64,000 nucleotides of DNA from Hormiphora californensis (Eukaryota > Animalia > Ctenophora). The stretch is from NCBI GenBank assembly GCA_020137815.1, contig CM035352.1, positions 682,001 to 746,000 of the forward strand, written 5' to 3'. Both the position numbers and the translations under genes were made by a program. The notes below the pieces were generated by a model. It was given only the letters and a program-made list of their open reading frames with translations. It ran no database searches and was not told where the DNA came from. Below, piece by piece: positions 22,054 through 51,400 of the stretch (positions are counted from its first letter, which is position 1; each line of letters opens with the position of its first letter).

Positions 22054-23144
22054 GCTTTGAGGATCTTGTACATTGTGTGTAGTGTGTGAGACGACAAGCT
22101 TAAAACGCGAGAGTTTGTGTGTCTAAACCAGCTCGTGTAGTATTCAAAACAAGCAAAGCGACTATTATGCCCTAGCAATATCTATTTGAGAGAGAAAGAG
22201 AGAGATTTTATAGAAATATGAGGAAACATTAGGTACTGTGAGATTTTGTCCTCATTCAATATTCGAGTTGTCAGCTGTGATGACAAATATAAAATGCATG
22301 ACAATGTGTATCGAGAAGCTATTGTGCAAGTTTTAGCCTTCAGTGTGACATGACATTTTATCAAGCAAGATATATGGTACTTTCTGTGTCTACTGAAAAC
22401 GTGATGAACCTGTCAATGCTCTGACAGTTACACTCCAGTTACAGATTGGAAACTGAGTACTGACGCCAGTTTCCAACTGGGAGACTCCTGCTGAACCATG
22501 CTGTGCGCCTCATCTATGATCACGTGACCGAATTTCGATGTGAGTTGCATTGAAAGTAGCGCTGTGCGTAATTGTCATCACTTCGACGTGAAACTATATA
22601 TATCTAATAGCTGGAAACTGATACCATTTTCCAAATTTGTAAGTGAGGAACCTGCAGGAGAAAGAAAGAGATGAAGAGAGAGAGAGAGAACAAAAGAGAA
22701 GCGAAAGCGAGAGTACCTAGTGAGATAAATACTTCACGTGCCATATCTGATATCTGATACCCTATAATGTGTTAGGAGTCTGTAACGTTAGCACACAGGC
22801 GTCTCCTAGTCGCTGTATTGATGTAATCCATTTAGCACATCGTTTTGTTGTAGCCTCTATAGGGGGCCACTAGGAACTACTACTACTTTTATACATCCAC
22901 TACCTTCATTCCATCTGCTGTCTTTTGACTTTTGTTGCTGATTAATCTTATACCACAGACTAAATCATCTAGGGTTTTTTTTGTGCCGGAGAGGTAAATT
23001 ATATTATTCCTCGGTAGTGTCACGCGGTAGACTAATGATAGAAGCCTTACATTCCTCCTACTGCAGTGTTGGTAGTATATCGTATTTCACTATTTCAGTG
23101 TACCTTATTCATCCTCTATGTTATATAGGCTTCATGTCAGAGGA

Positions 23145-24116
23145 ATGAACTTTCGCTTTACTATTCTAACGTGTGCAGTCTTACTATGTCTGCTTTCTTT
23201 GTCGACTGCAAGACGAGGCAGTAGCAGTTCCTCTAGATCTCGATCTAGTAGTTCCCGTTCCCGTTCTAGCAGTTCCCGTTATTCAACTAGTAGAAGGCGA
23301 GGTGGGAGCTATGATGATGATGATGACGATTATTACAGTGGAGGTGGAGGATCTTTTAGTTCCTGGACAATAATCCAGTGGTGCATTGGTGTTGCTGCGG
23401 TGTTAGTGGTAATTGGTACCTGCTGCTATTGTAGACAACAATTCATGGAGGAACGAACTGTTTATTCCAGACCTGTTCGCTTTAGCGCCGTTTCACACGA
23501 TTCGTACTATGATTACGATCCCAATGCCGAGCAGAATGGCCAACAACAACACGAAGAAAGACAGAATGAACCTTGTATACCTCCGAACCAACCAGTGTAT
23601 ACAGTACCACATGAATACGAAGCACCTCTCCCCAATAATTACTATAACGCCCCTCAGTTACCTCCCCCACTACCCGGTGGAGCATTCGGTATCACACCAT
23701 CAGGACCCGTGCCAGAATATCCAGCAGCGTATTCCTATGGTCACAATGAAACGGGATTCGATGCAGGGGATCACAAACCTCCGGAGTATGGCGATGTAGA
23801 TGTTGGAGGTGAACTTCATAATGCAGATCTTGGTGGCAGTGGCTGGGGTGGTAGCGGCGAATATGGGGTTAGCGGTGGGGACTATGGAGGCGGTGGGGAC
23901 TATGGAGGCGGTGGGGACTATGGAGGCGGTGGGGACTATGGAGGCGGTGGGGACTATGGAGGCGGTGGGGACTATGGAGGCGGTGGGGACTATGGAGGCG
24001 GTGGGGACTATGGAGGCGGTGGGGACTATGGTGGCGGTGGGGACTATGGTGGCGGTGGGGACTATGGTGGCGGTGGGGACTATGGAGGCGGTGGGGACTG
24101 TGGTGGGGGTGATTGA
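23145..24116 (+). CDS. Single-pass membrane protein: signal peptide, Ser/Arg-rich ectodomain, TM plus Cys cluster, Pro/Tyr-rich tail with PPEY, and (GGGGDY)n C-terminus
   Basis: ORF 23118-24116, likely start 23145. Hydrophobic N-terminus, TM WTIIQWCIGVAAVLVVIGTCCYC, and about 13 copies of an 18-bp repeat. Topology resembles Shisa/WBP1/VOPP1-type proteins (inference). Confidence 0.75.
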   Translation: MNFRFTILTCAVLLCLLSLSTARRGSSSSSRSRSSSSRSRSSSSRYSTSRRRGGSYDDDDDDYYSGGGGSFSSWTIIQWCIGVAAVLVVIGTCCYCRQQFMEERTVYSRPVRFSAVSHDSYYDYDPNAEQNGQQQHEERQNEPCIPPNQPVYTVPHEYEAPLPNNYYNAPQLPPPLPGGAFGITPSGPVPEYPAAYSYGHNETGFDAGDHKPPEYGDVDVGGELHNADLGGSGWGGSGEYGVSGGDYGGGGDYGGGGDYGGGGDYGGGGDYGGGGDYGGGGDYGGGGDYGGGGDYGGGGDYGGGGDYGGGGDYGGGGDCGGGD

Positions 24117-25574
24117 GTGTCATCAACTGAACAATGAAAAGACGTTTTATAATATGTACTACATTATCCTAATGTCAATAGGGAGGTGTTTTTAGTTGTT
24201 GAGTATTAGTAATTATTGTAGGTGCCATCAGCAACACAGGTCCTGAGATAAAACCTGTTATTGCTCCAAAGAAACATATTTTATACTTTTAAACTATTTC
24301 ATTAACATAATTGAGCTCCATATTATGACTTTTGGACACTATACAGATCACACTTCACAGTTTTAGCGCCAATTTGAGTAAACTCAAACGGTATCTGATA
24401 GGTAATCGATAGAACTAACCAATAACCCCAAAACAAAACCTGACCAGACCCTAACGGGCACAGTGTTTACACCAGTTAAGTCATTCATCATCATCATCAC
24501 AAAATACTTAATATTCCGCTTTATAGCTTTTACTTGTCAGAAAAGTTCTTACATATGCTAGAAAACACACAGACTAAACTAACGGCTTTCAAAAGCGGTG
24601 GAGCCTACTTCGAATCGCCCGAGATCACACACAAATTGTGTATGGGTCCAAGCCATTCGAAGGAGGCTCCAATACCTACAACTCAAGAAACTACTATAAA
24701 TATGAAATGTCTGTTGTCAATAATGTCCTGTACAGATACATTTCCTGCAACTATTAGAGTCATGATCTTCATTTAGTTAGTTAAATAATAAGTTAAATAA
24801 TAAGTTAATTAAAAACACACACACACACACACTTCACACTCTATTCTCAATTATAACCACGTACAACCATTAAAATTACAAACAAATTAACAAATTTCAC
24901 ACAGTTTGTCATTATCCCGGGATCAATAAACATTGCATCATTGTTTTAGGGATGTACATTTATCGTTTCCTTTCCCTTATACGTCCACTCTCTCCTATCC
25001 ACGGTAGCGTGGGAAGGAAAATTTTCCCAAGACCCAAGGTTCGAAATCTATGCTGTGATTGGCTTAAATTTTCATTCGTTAGAAATTTCAGCTAATCACA
25101 GCGCACTGGTGTAAACGATGTGACCTGTGTGAATACTGAACTAGCGAACTTTTTTAGGGATCCCTCTTTAAAGTTTAAAGTTGAAAAAAAATTAAAACGT
25201 AGAAAAAAAAAGTTTTTTAATTGATTTTAATTTTAATCGTCATAGCGCGCATTCCTCATTGGCTACGCTTCCCTCGAATTTTAGCGCCAGCCGTTCAGTT
25301 GCAGTTTTCAACTTAGAAACTGAAAGGAAGCGACATACTGTGTCCACTTCTCCTGAAAAGACAGAGAAAAATCTCAATTTTTTGCAGTTAATCAATACAA
25401 TTAATATACAAACAAAAAATAGTAACCACAATGGAAAATCACACACAACACCAAAAGAAAGATCCCGCTTCCAGTTTTAATAAAACTTTTACTTGTTGTG
25501 TCGACAACGTTCGTCGCAAATTAGGAATGAGATAATAACGACAACACAAAAATCTATTAAGTATATTAAATGTA

Positions 25575-26248
25575 CAGGGTGTTCATGTGCTTATATTTAA
25601 AACGTTTGTAAAGATTACACATGAACAGTGTATTTATCAAAATTCTTGAAATTCAAAAATGTGCCCCCTAGAATATGTTGACGACATCATAACTAGAGGG
25701 GAATCACCTTAGAATAACATCTTGAATGAATGCAGAGCTGCCGCATCCGGCCTAAAATTGTGCGAGTGTTTGCGATCCAATGCAAATGTTTGCGATTGAT
25801 TGCAAATAGTTGCGATAAAATGCGATAAAATGCGATTGCGACATAATGCGATTGTTTGCCACCACTTGCTAATAAATGCGATAAAATGCGAACGAATTCA
25901 ATGTTTTGCTACTAAATGCGATCTCATGCGATCTCATGCGAATGAATGCTAATTCATTACGGATACTCTCCGCCAAATTCGCAAAAAATCGCATAAAATC
26001 GCAAAAAATCGCATGATATAGCAAAGTATAGCAAGTCATCGCGAATCATTGCAGACATTCGCAAACGTTCGCAAACGTTCGCATAATTTCCGGCCGCTTG
26101 CGGCAGCGCTACTCAAACTCTTCGAAAGTTTTCGAGTCGTCAGATTGCAGTAAAAGGTGTCCTCTAGACATCCTAGGGGACACATTTTTGAGATTTTGTT
26201 TCAAAACAGCTCCGAATGGACAAATAGGGAAGGCTAATGAACACCCTG
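25575..26248. mobile_element. Tc1/mariner-type MITE containing a nested element
   Basis: TA|CAGGGTGTTCAT ... ATGAACACCCTG|TA. The same left terminus recurs at about 31395. Confidence 0.75.
25734..26110. mobile_element. Nested foldback/hAT-like MITE with 10-bp subterminal repeats
   Basis: AGAGCTGCCGCATCCGGCC ... GGCCGCTTGCGGCAGCGCT, with (AAATGCGATA)-like repeats mirrored by (TCGCAAAAAA)-like repeats. No clear TSD. Confidence 0.6.
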
Positions 26249-26361
26249 TATAACTCATTAGGACAGGCCAACACCACCCCTCAACAAGGCCAAGGGGGAA
26301 TTACCAGAGACGCAAATTGCCAACGTATCGGTTGAAAGGATACACTGTCCCTAGTAAAAGC

Positions 26362-26427
26362 TGTATGGCGGCGCCATACCGGGGCCATACCCCATTTGAT
26401 TCTCAGATGGGTCGCGGCGCCAGACAG
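26362..26427. mobile_element. Palindromic mini-element, copy 4
   Basis: CTGTATGGCGGCGCC...GCGGCGCCAGACAG. Confidence 0.55.
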
Positions 26428-26567
26428 AGCAAAAGCATCTCGCTGCGAGGGACAGTGAAGCCTGCCAACGCACGTCACCAGTGATGCAAAACAACAAAAT
26501 CACACACTGGCAAAACACTGCTTTTGATTTAATTAAACCCCATGTAAGTCTATCTATCTGTATTCTG

Positions 26568-43177
<16,610 letters not shown>

Positions 43178-43569
43178 CTCTAGAACAGTACCTGCTACAT
43201 ATTAGCTACAGGAGAAGGTGGTCAAATTTATCTAATTGTGTTATAAGTAAGACAACAATTGCAGCAATAAAAAGTATAAACGATAAAAGAAAGATAAAAG
43301 AAAGGTAAAAGAAACATTGTGTTTTAGCTTTGTGATCGTTTATTTGTGACTGAAAAAGGAATGGAATGGAACCAATTCTGTAATTTTGTACATACCTCTA
43401 CATCAAAAAATATTAGAAAAGATAAAATACACACATATGTTTTTATAAAAAATAAATGCCAGCCAGCACCATTAATTAGGTCCGTGTAAAATGTAACACT
43501 GTACAATGTTAGGTCCGTGTAATACAGGGATCACCCCCTCAACACCGTGTAAAATGTCCGGTTAGAGAA

Positions 43570-46500
43570 TCATACCATTTCTACATCATCTATCTTTACA
43601 TCATCTGTCGGACTTCCATTCCAGCAGTTTCCTCTCTTTTTCTTCTTTCTGTTATTATCCTTACTTTTGAGGGTCCGACCCTTGATAAAGGGCAGTAAGC
43701 GTGTCTCATGAGGCAAATTAATCTCCTCTATATCCGTTCTTTCTAAATCATAATACATAGCGAATCTGTCAGCGGTTAGCCTGTTCTCCGATTTGACCTC
43801 TAAACACCCTCTTATAAGGTCAGATGCTTTCCAGCCCAGGAGGGTATCCAAGTCAGGGGAGATTGAGAATCTAGAGATTGAGTCAGGGAACATTGCTTGG
43901 TAGTACAGGGTCATGACTGTCCCCCGGGGGTTGTCCTCAGTGGTTGGGTTGTTGTTGGTACCCTGGAACGTCATTAGTCGCTCGTACATAGCCAGGTGCT
44001 TGTTCTTGTGGCATTTCACGTGCCTGAAAAGGGGGGACACACAATTAGTATTGGGGAAATTGTCAAGACTAAACAACTGAGAAATATTATTTCAAGTCCA
44101 ACATTCATTATATTACCACATCAAATCTGACTTACTCGTTGAATTGCTCCCAATGAAAGACAGAAAGCAAGTACTGTTCTGTCTGTGACTGCAAGGCAGA
44201 CAATGAACTATCAGTCATTGATTCAGACTCGTCTCCGTTCCTGGAAATGTGATGACTGAGTAGGAGAGTATATATCAGGAGTTATGTATTGGTAGGTCTA
44301 GAGTTTCTCTATCTCGTGATTTTGCCTTCCGGTGGCACTATGTACTATGGAAGTTAAACCTGCTGTAGATATATCCCTCACTATTGCTACTGCTAGTTTC
44401 AGTTGTTGGTGAAACTAAATAGTGGGAGGCTCAGAGTGACACACTATGCTGTTGATATTGTTCTCTCTATTTTCTTCTAAGGTAAAGAAACCCAACATTT
44501 TGTCTCCATCTAAACATGTGATTTCGGTCTAACTACAAATAATAATCCTTCATTCCCTAATATCTCATTATACCATCCTTTCCTGTAGGTGGTCGAAGGA
44601 GCAGGTACAGTGATGGTGGAGTTACGTAGGTATAACTACCCCACCTGCAACATGTACATCTGCAACATGTACATGGAGGATCTGAACATCAAACTGGCGG
44701 GTGTTACTGTTCTAGAGAACCCCAGCCAGATAACATTCCCTGGAAGTGAATCTGATGTAGATCTAACACAATTGGACATGTTCAGCTCTCCCTTCTACTT
44801 TAATTTCCTGTCAGGCCCACTCGACATACACTTTAGCATATTGCGAGCAGATGGGGAATGGATAGAAACTGTTCATGAAGGAGTGTCGCTGGATCAATTC
44901 ACTACAGACTCTGAATGGCATGAACGCGTTAGAACCCGTGACAATCCTACTAGGAAGTTCCATTTCTACGTCCAGCTTGTGTCGTGTGATTGGCGGTTCA
45001 CAGGGGTACGGGTGTAGAGATTGTGTGCAGCATTACTATACCGACATGTGTGATGCGTACTGCAGTCCCATTCCAAACCGCTATTCATGTAAATCAGATG
45101 GGGAACGCTTATGTTTATCACACTGGACTGGAGAAAACTGTGACACCTGTGACATTGGCTGGACTGGAGAAAACTGTGACACCTGTGACATTGGCTGGAC
45201 TGGAGAAAACTGTGACACCTGTGACATTGGCTGGACTGGAGAAAACTGTGACACCTGTGACATTGGCTGGACTGGAGAAAACTGTGACACCTGTGACATT
45301 GGCTGGACTGGAGAAAACTGTAACACCTGTGACATTGGCTGGACTGGAGAAAACTGTGACACCTGTGACATTGGCTGGACTGGAGAAAACTGTGACACCT
45401 GTGACATTGGCTGGATTGGAGAAAACTGTGACACCTGTGACATTGGCTGGACTGGAGAAAACTGTGACACCTGTGACATTGGCTGGACTGGAGAAAACTG
45501 TGACACCTGTGACATTGGCTGGACTGGAGAAAACTGTGACACCTGTGACATTGGCTGGACTGGAGAAAACTGTGACACCTGTGACATTGGCTGGACAGGA
45601 GAAAACTGTGACACCTGTGACATTGGCTGGACTGGAGAAAACTGCGACACCTGTGACATTGGCTGGACTGGAGAAAACTGTAGCTTCTGTGACATTGGCT
45701 GGACTGGAGAAAACTGTGACACCTGTGACATTGGCTGGACTGGAGAAAACTGTGACACCTGTGGCATTGGCTGGACTGGAGAAAACTGTGACACCTGTGA
45801 CATTGGCTGGACTGGAGAAAACTGTAGCTTCTGTGACATTGGCTGGACTGGAGAAAACTGTGACACCTGTCACATTGGCTGGACTGGAGAAAACTGTAGC
45901 TTCTGTGACATTGGCTGGACTGGAGAAATCTGTGACACCTGTGACATTGGCTGGACTGGAGAAAACTGTAGCTTCTGTGACATTGGCTGGACTGGAGGAA
46001 ACTGTGACACCTGTGACATTGGCTGGACTGGAGAAAACTGTGACACCTGTGACATTGGCTGGACTGGAGAAAACTGTGACACCTGTGCCCATCACTTTTA
46101 TGGCATGAAGTGTTCCATACACTGCGTGCCAGATATAAACTTCACATGTAATGTAGATGGCAAGAAGATTTGTACAGAGAAGAGTCTAGCACCTGAGTGC
46201 AATGAAGACATTTCACCACTTGTGCGCATTACCAAATGGGTCCAGCCTATCATTATTGGCATTCTTGTTGTTGCTATCATCAGTCTCACTTCTGCGCTGC
46301 TGTGCTGTTTCAAAAGAGAGAAGGAAAGTGATAGTGTCAAGGAGGTGACAGAGGTGGATGAGTGGCGTCAAATAGAGGAAACAACCACGTAATGCCCATA
46401 TTTGGAGTTGTGTGTCACGTGGGAGAGTTACAGTGTAGAGGAGGTGGTGGATGAGCGGCGTCACATAGATGAAACAGAGCCAGCAACCACATCAAGTCTT

Positions 46501-48042
46501 TAAACCGGATCTGCTCTTACGCTACATTTTCTGTAGTGAAATAAGTAAATCTATACAAAAGATCATGCAGATTCTTTGATAGTGAAATTATTAATTTTAT
46601 GCAAATGGTTTTGTAGATTTTGTATCACAGCGCCGTTTTAAGGCCCCACCTCGCTAACCGTTACTAACAATCCGTGGGCCACCCCACATGTATACGACTC
46701 TTATTAAGAGATTGAGATACCGAGGAAGTCGGAAGAGAATGAGAGTTCGTAGTAGTACCCGGCAGCAGCAAAAGGTGTATGTGGGCCACCTTTCCCGCCA
46801 ACTAATTTCCATTAGTTATTGGCTTAATTATGATTATAGCCTTGGTTATGGTGCGGCAATAGATAAAACTCACTTAAGTTTAACAATTCAAATGTAATTA
46901 TTACATGGGAGCTTTACATAGAATCCCCTGGTAATCACCGCCATTAAAATGGTGGTACTTCCAACGCCAATTGTCATCGTTCCGTTTAGAACAAGCACAG
47001 GGTCTTTCTCGGCCGTTGTCAATAAAATGATTGTTTTCCATCCTTGCGTTCAATTTCTTCTGAATTTTCTTCATATCCTCACCCGAAGCGGTAAACATCT
47101 TGGTCAGATCGGTGGTACGACCACTGTCGGTGCAGAAGATTCCAAGCCAATACATAACATTGCGTTGCATTACGTTTTGTTCAACGAATGTGTACTCCTC
47201 GCGATCGTTTGGCATATGAATGTGTGCATTGAATTTGTTGCAGGCCTCCTCTGCTATGTCGAATTCCTTTTCAAATTCCATATCTTTGTAACAGTAGTCC
47301 CTGAATTCCTTCCAGCCTTCTTTGCAGTCTCCCATAGTTTCCTTGATCCTAAAAGTTGGTATCCATCCCCTGCGGTGGTGTTGCATCCCACAACTCCTGG
47401 GAACCGGTTTTACATAGTATCCATCGAGTCCTCCTCCTCCACCGACATCTTTACCATAATCAGTACAGATGACGGTAGCTCCAAGAGAACCTCCAACAAG
47501 GACTGAGAGGACAAAGACAAACATATTGGAGATAAAATGACTATTAAAACATGTAAAATTTGCCGCATTATATAAACCCTCCCCCCTCTCTCTCCCTCTC
47601 TCTCTCTCTGTCTCTGTCTCTGTCTCTGTCCCTGTCTCTCTCTGTCTCTCTCTCTCTATCTTTCTCTCTCTGTCTCTCTCTTTCTCTGGATTCCAGTCTG
47701 ACTCTGCTCACATATAATATGTCATAAATAGAATACATGTTGTGTTACAAGAGGGGAGAGGAGAGAAGAGAGAGAGAGAAGAGAGAGAAGACGAGAAGGG
47801 GGAGAGGAGAGAGAAGAGAGAGCAGAGCGAGAGAGCAGAGAGAGAGACGGAGAGAGAAGTAGAGAGAAGAAGAGAGAAACAGAGGAGGAGAGAGGAGAGA
47901 AGAGGAGAGCAGAAGAGAGGAGGAGAGAGAGAGGAGAGAGAGAGAGAGAGAGGAGCTGAGAGAGAGAGAGAGAGAGAGAGAGGAGAGCGGAGCGAGATAT
48001 CTCTCTCTCTCTCTACTCCTATCTCCTATCTCTCTCTCTCGT

Positions 48043-48088
<46 letters not shown>

Positions 48089-48384
48089 TCTCTCTCTTCC
48101 CGCTCCAGCTGCAGCTGAGTCTCCAACTGGAGTCTGAAAAGTCTTCATTTTTTGTACACGCTTAAGAATGGCAGTGCATATTGCGGCTTTTTTGTTAAAC
48201 CCCCCTCATACTATTATTAAAGCAAATAGGGAAATCCCGTTTGACGTTTATTTAACCTTATATGGCATTTAGCACGTGCAGATTTAGAGGTGGACTGTGG
48301 AGTACTACTGGAGTGGGGTCAGGAGTCGGAGCCGTTGCCAATGGCATGGTTGCTACTGTACTGCACGTGCACGTGCATTTGATC

Positions 48385-48454
<70 letters not shown>

Positions 48455-51400
48455 TGGCTCTAGGTTATAGCGTACCAAACTCTGCCGCACGACAGAACGG
48501 TGTTGCAACCTGTCATAAAGTCTGTGGTCTGTATGAAAGATAATAGCTAAAATATCACGCTCAAAATTACACCAATCAAACAAACTTCTCTGATATTCTA
48601 ACTGTTTGTGGTCTGTATTGGGGCACTCTCACGCGAGCTTTTAGTCTTGTCAGCTTCTGTGTCAGGAACAAGGTAACATTTTGCCTTTGAGAGAGTCTTG
48701 TGTTTGGTTTACTTTTAGTCTGGAACGAGGTAACGTTTTGCCTTTGAGAGTGTCTTGAGTTGGGTTTGTTCTGGATCACGTTGTTGCCATGGTTTTTGTT
48801 ACTTTAGCATGTCTCAATAAATAATTTGATCTTTGTTTTGTGTCACTGTTCCAGCTAATATTGCTCTCTTCAACATATATATACGACAGCGACAATTGGA
48901 GTTATTCACGCAAGATCTCACCGCCATTCTCTACTTTTACATACACTGAGGGGTTTAAATGCAGCAACACCAAAAGAAGTGCAGAGAGAACGAACAAGAC
49001 GTTAGAGGTTAAACAGAACCGATGATCAATCTCAGAGATTAAGGCAGATGAATAATGCAAGCAGACGAAATAGTAAGTTCTTTTACAACTTTGATCGCCG
49101 ATTCATCATCTGACGTTCTGAAACCAGAAACTCGCAGCGATCCCGCCTGAGCTCCTTCTACGGTACCGTTACTTAAGATGGGATAGTGCATGTCATTAGT
49201 TAGACTGACAGTGTTCCCTAACCTAATCCAGCTACCAATACCATTTCCCCGAAATTCGCCCGTATGGCGAACGGGTTTACTAGTTTTATAAAGAAAAATA
49301 AATGGGTTTGAACAAAACAACGGCTTGTAGGGTGGGGGACAGTTTTTGAGGTTGAAGTTTTTTACCAGTTTATAATGAGTTTTTGAAGTCGCTTCAAAAA
49401 CTTCAAAAAGATTGGTCTTTTTTAATTGTTATGACATTGATTGGTGCTCTCCATAGCTTTTCATAGAAAAATAAATTTCCTGAAAATTTCGAATCTAGTT
49501 TTTTTATTTGTACATAACCGAATCGAACCAAAACATCAAAAACCACTTTTTAGTACGGTAAGATGCACCTATTCGAAACACTAATAGAAGAGGTTGTTAT
49601 AACTTAGAAAATCTTTCGTAACACCGGTAAGACATCCGGTAAGATTCGAAACACGAATCGAACGGGGCTGGTAAACCTTAGAAATTTTTCAAATCAACAA
49701 TTATCATGTCATTAGTATAGCAAGTAGGTTTTTATGGGCCAAATATGCTTTACCCCGATTTAACGGACAAAACCCTTTCCCCCGAGGGTGCCGTTAAATC
49801 GGGGTTCGACTGTACTTCCTAAGAACCGGATCTTAATATTGCAAAATAAAAAGTTACGTTAAATCTGGTGCTGTGTTGAACCCTACTCAAGGATAGTTTT
49901 GGTGGAAAAGGTATAATTCATCATGTGATTGTGAAATTGACACTTTTCTCCAATGTTTTTTGTCGTTGTTTTGCTTTTAGCACAGTCGCAGGTAAAATAA
50001 AAGTCTGACTTTATCATACTAAAGTTTCAGATATATTACTATGATTTTTAAGCCGTTGTTGTTTTTCAGGAAGTGTGCAGTAGTGGAACAATTGAAGTTT
50101 CCCTGTACCGTTATAGAGCTTTCCTGCCCTACACCATCCCAGATGCACACTACTACATCTCGGACCTGGTCATCTCCGTAAAGGATCACCGCCCATAACC
50201 GCCGATAGGATTCAACTGCCTCAGGGAAGTAACATCGACCTATCAAAAGTGAAGTTCTTCAAAAGTCCCCTATACTTGAACTACACTAGTGGGCAAGTGT
50301 TTGTATATTTTTACGTACGTCACAGCTCTAATGACACCCTTATTGAGCGTGTCGATGAAGTCATTCAACTTAACGATAGGAAACAAAATGACCCATGGAG
50401 AGTAAGAGTCAGGACACGGCACGATCCAACACGAGAATTTCGATTCCGTATAAAAATGAAGTGCCATAAGAACTTTACTAGTTTTGGATGTGCAAGTTGT
50501 AAACCGTACCATTTTACTGATAGTTGTAGCGTATACTGCCTCCCGGACCCTGCACGATATGTGTGTAACAAAAATGATGGATCGAAGCAATGTCTTGAAA
50601 GGTGGCAGGGATCTGAATGTGATACCTGTGACATTGGCTGGACTGGAGAAAACTGTGACACCTGTGACATTGGCTGGACTGGAGCAAACTGTGACACCTG
50701 TGACATTGGCTGGACTGGAGAAAACTGTAGCTTCTGTGACATTGGCTGGACTGGAGAAAACTGTAACACCTGTGACATTGGCTGGACTGGAGAAAACTGT
50801 GACACCTGTGACATTGGCTGGACTGGAGAAAACTGTAACACCTGTGACATTGGCTGGACTGGAGAAAACTGTGACACCTGTGACATTGGCTGGACTGGAG
50901 AAAACTGTGACACCTGTGACATTGGCTGGACTGGGAGAAAACTGTGACACCTGTGACATTGGCTGGACTGGAGAAAACTGTGACACCTGTGACATTGGCT
51001 GGACTGGAGAAAACTGCGACACCTGTGACATTGGCTGGACTGGAGAAAACTGTGACACCTGTGACATTGGCTGGACTGGAGAAAACTGTAGCTTCTGTGA
51101 CATTGGCTGGACTGGAGAAAACTGTGACACCTGTCACATTGGCTGGACTGGAGAAAACTGTAGCAAATGTGACATTGACTGGACTGGAGAAAACTGTGAC
51201 ACCTGTGACATTGGCTGGACTGGAGAAAACTGTGACACCTGTGACATTGGCTGGACTGGAGAAAACTGCAGCTTCTGTGACATTGGCTGGACCGGAGAAA
51301 ACTGTGACACCTGTGACATTGGCTGGACCGGAGAAAACTGTGGAGCAAAACACGATTTAAAGAAGGTAGCTTATCTCATTTTTGGCACCATTGGTGGTGC

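Noticed and set aside
48470-49320. A fourth nested gene in the kinase intron
   Set aside because: Only short broken ORFs and a 57-bp duplication are present; there is no coherent model.
44990-51353. Alternative-frame and antisense long ORFs over the 36-bp arrays
   Set aside because: They are stop-free only because of repeat periodicity; the Cys frame is the one that links the signal, DSL and TM regions.
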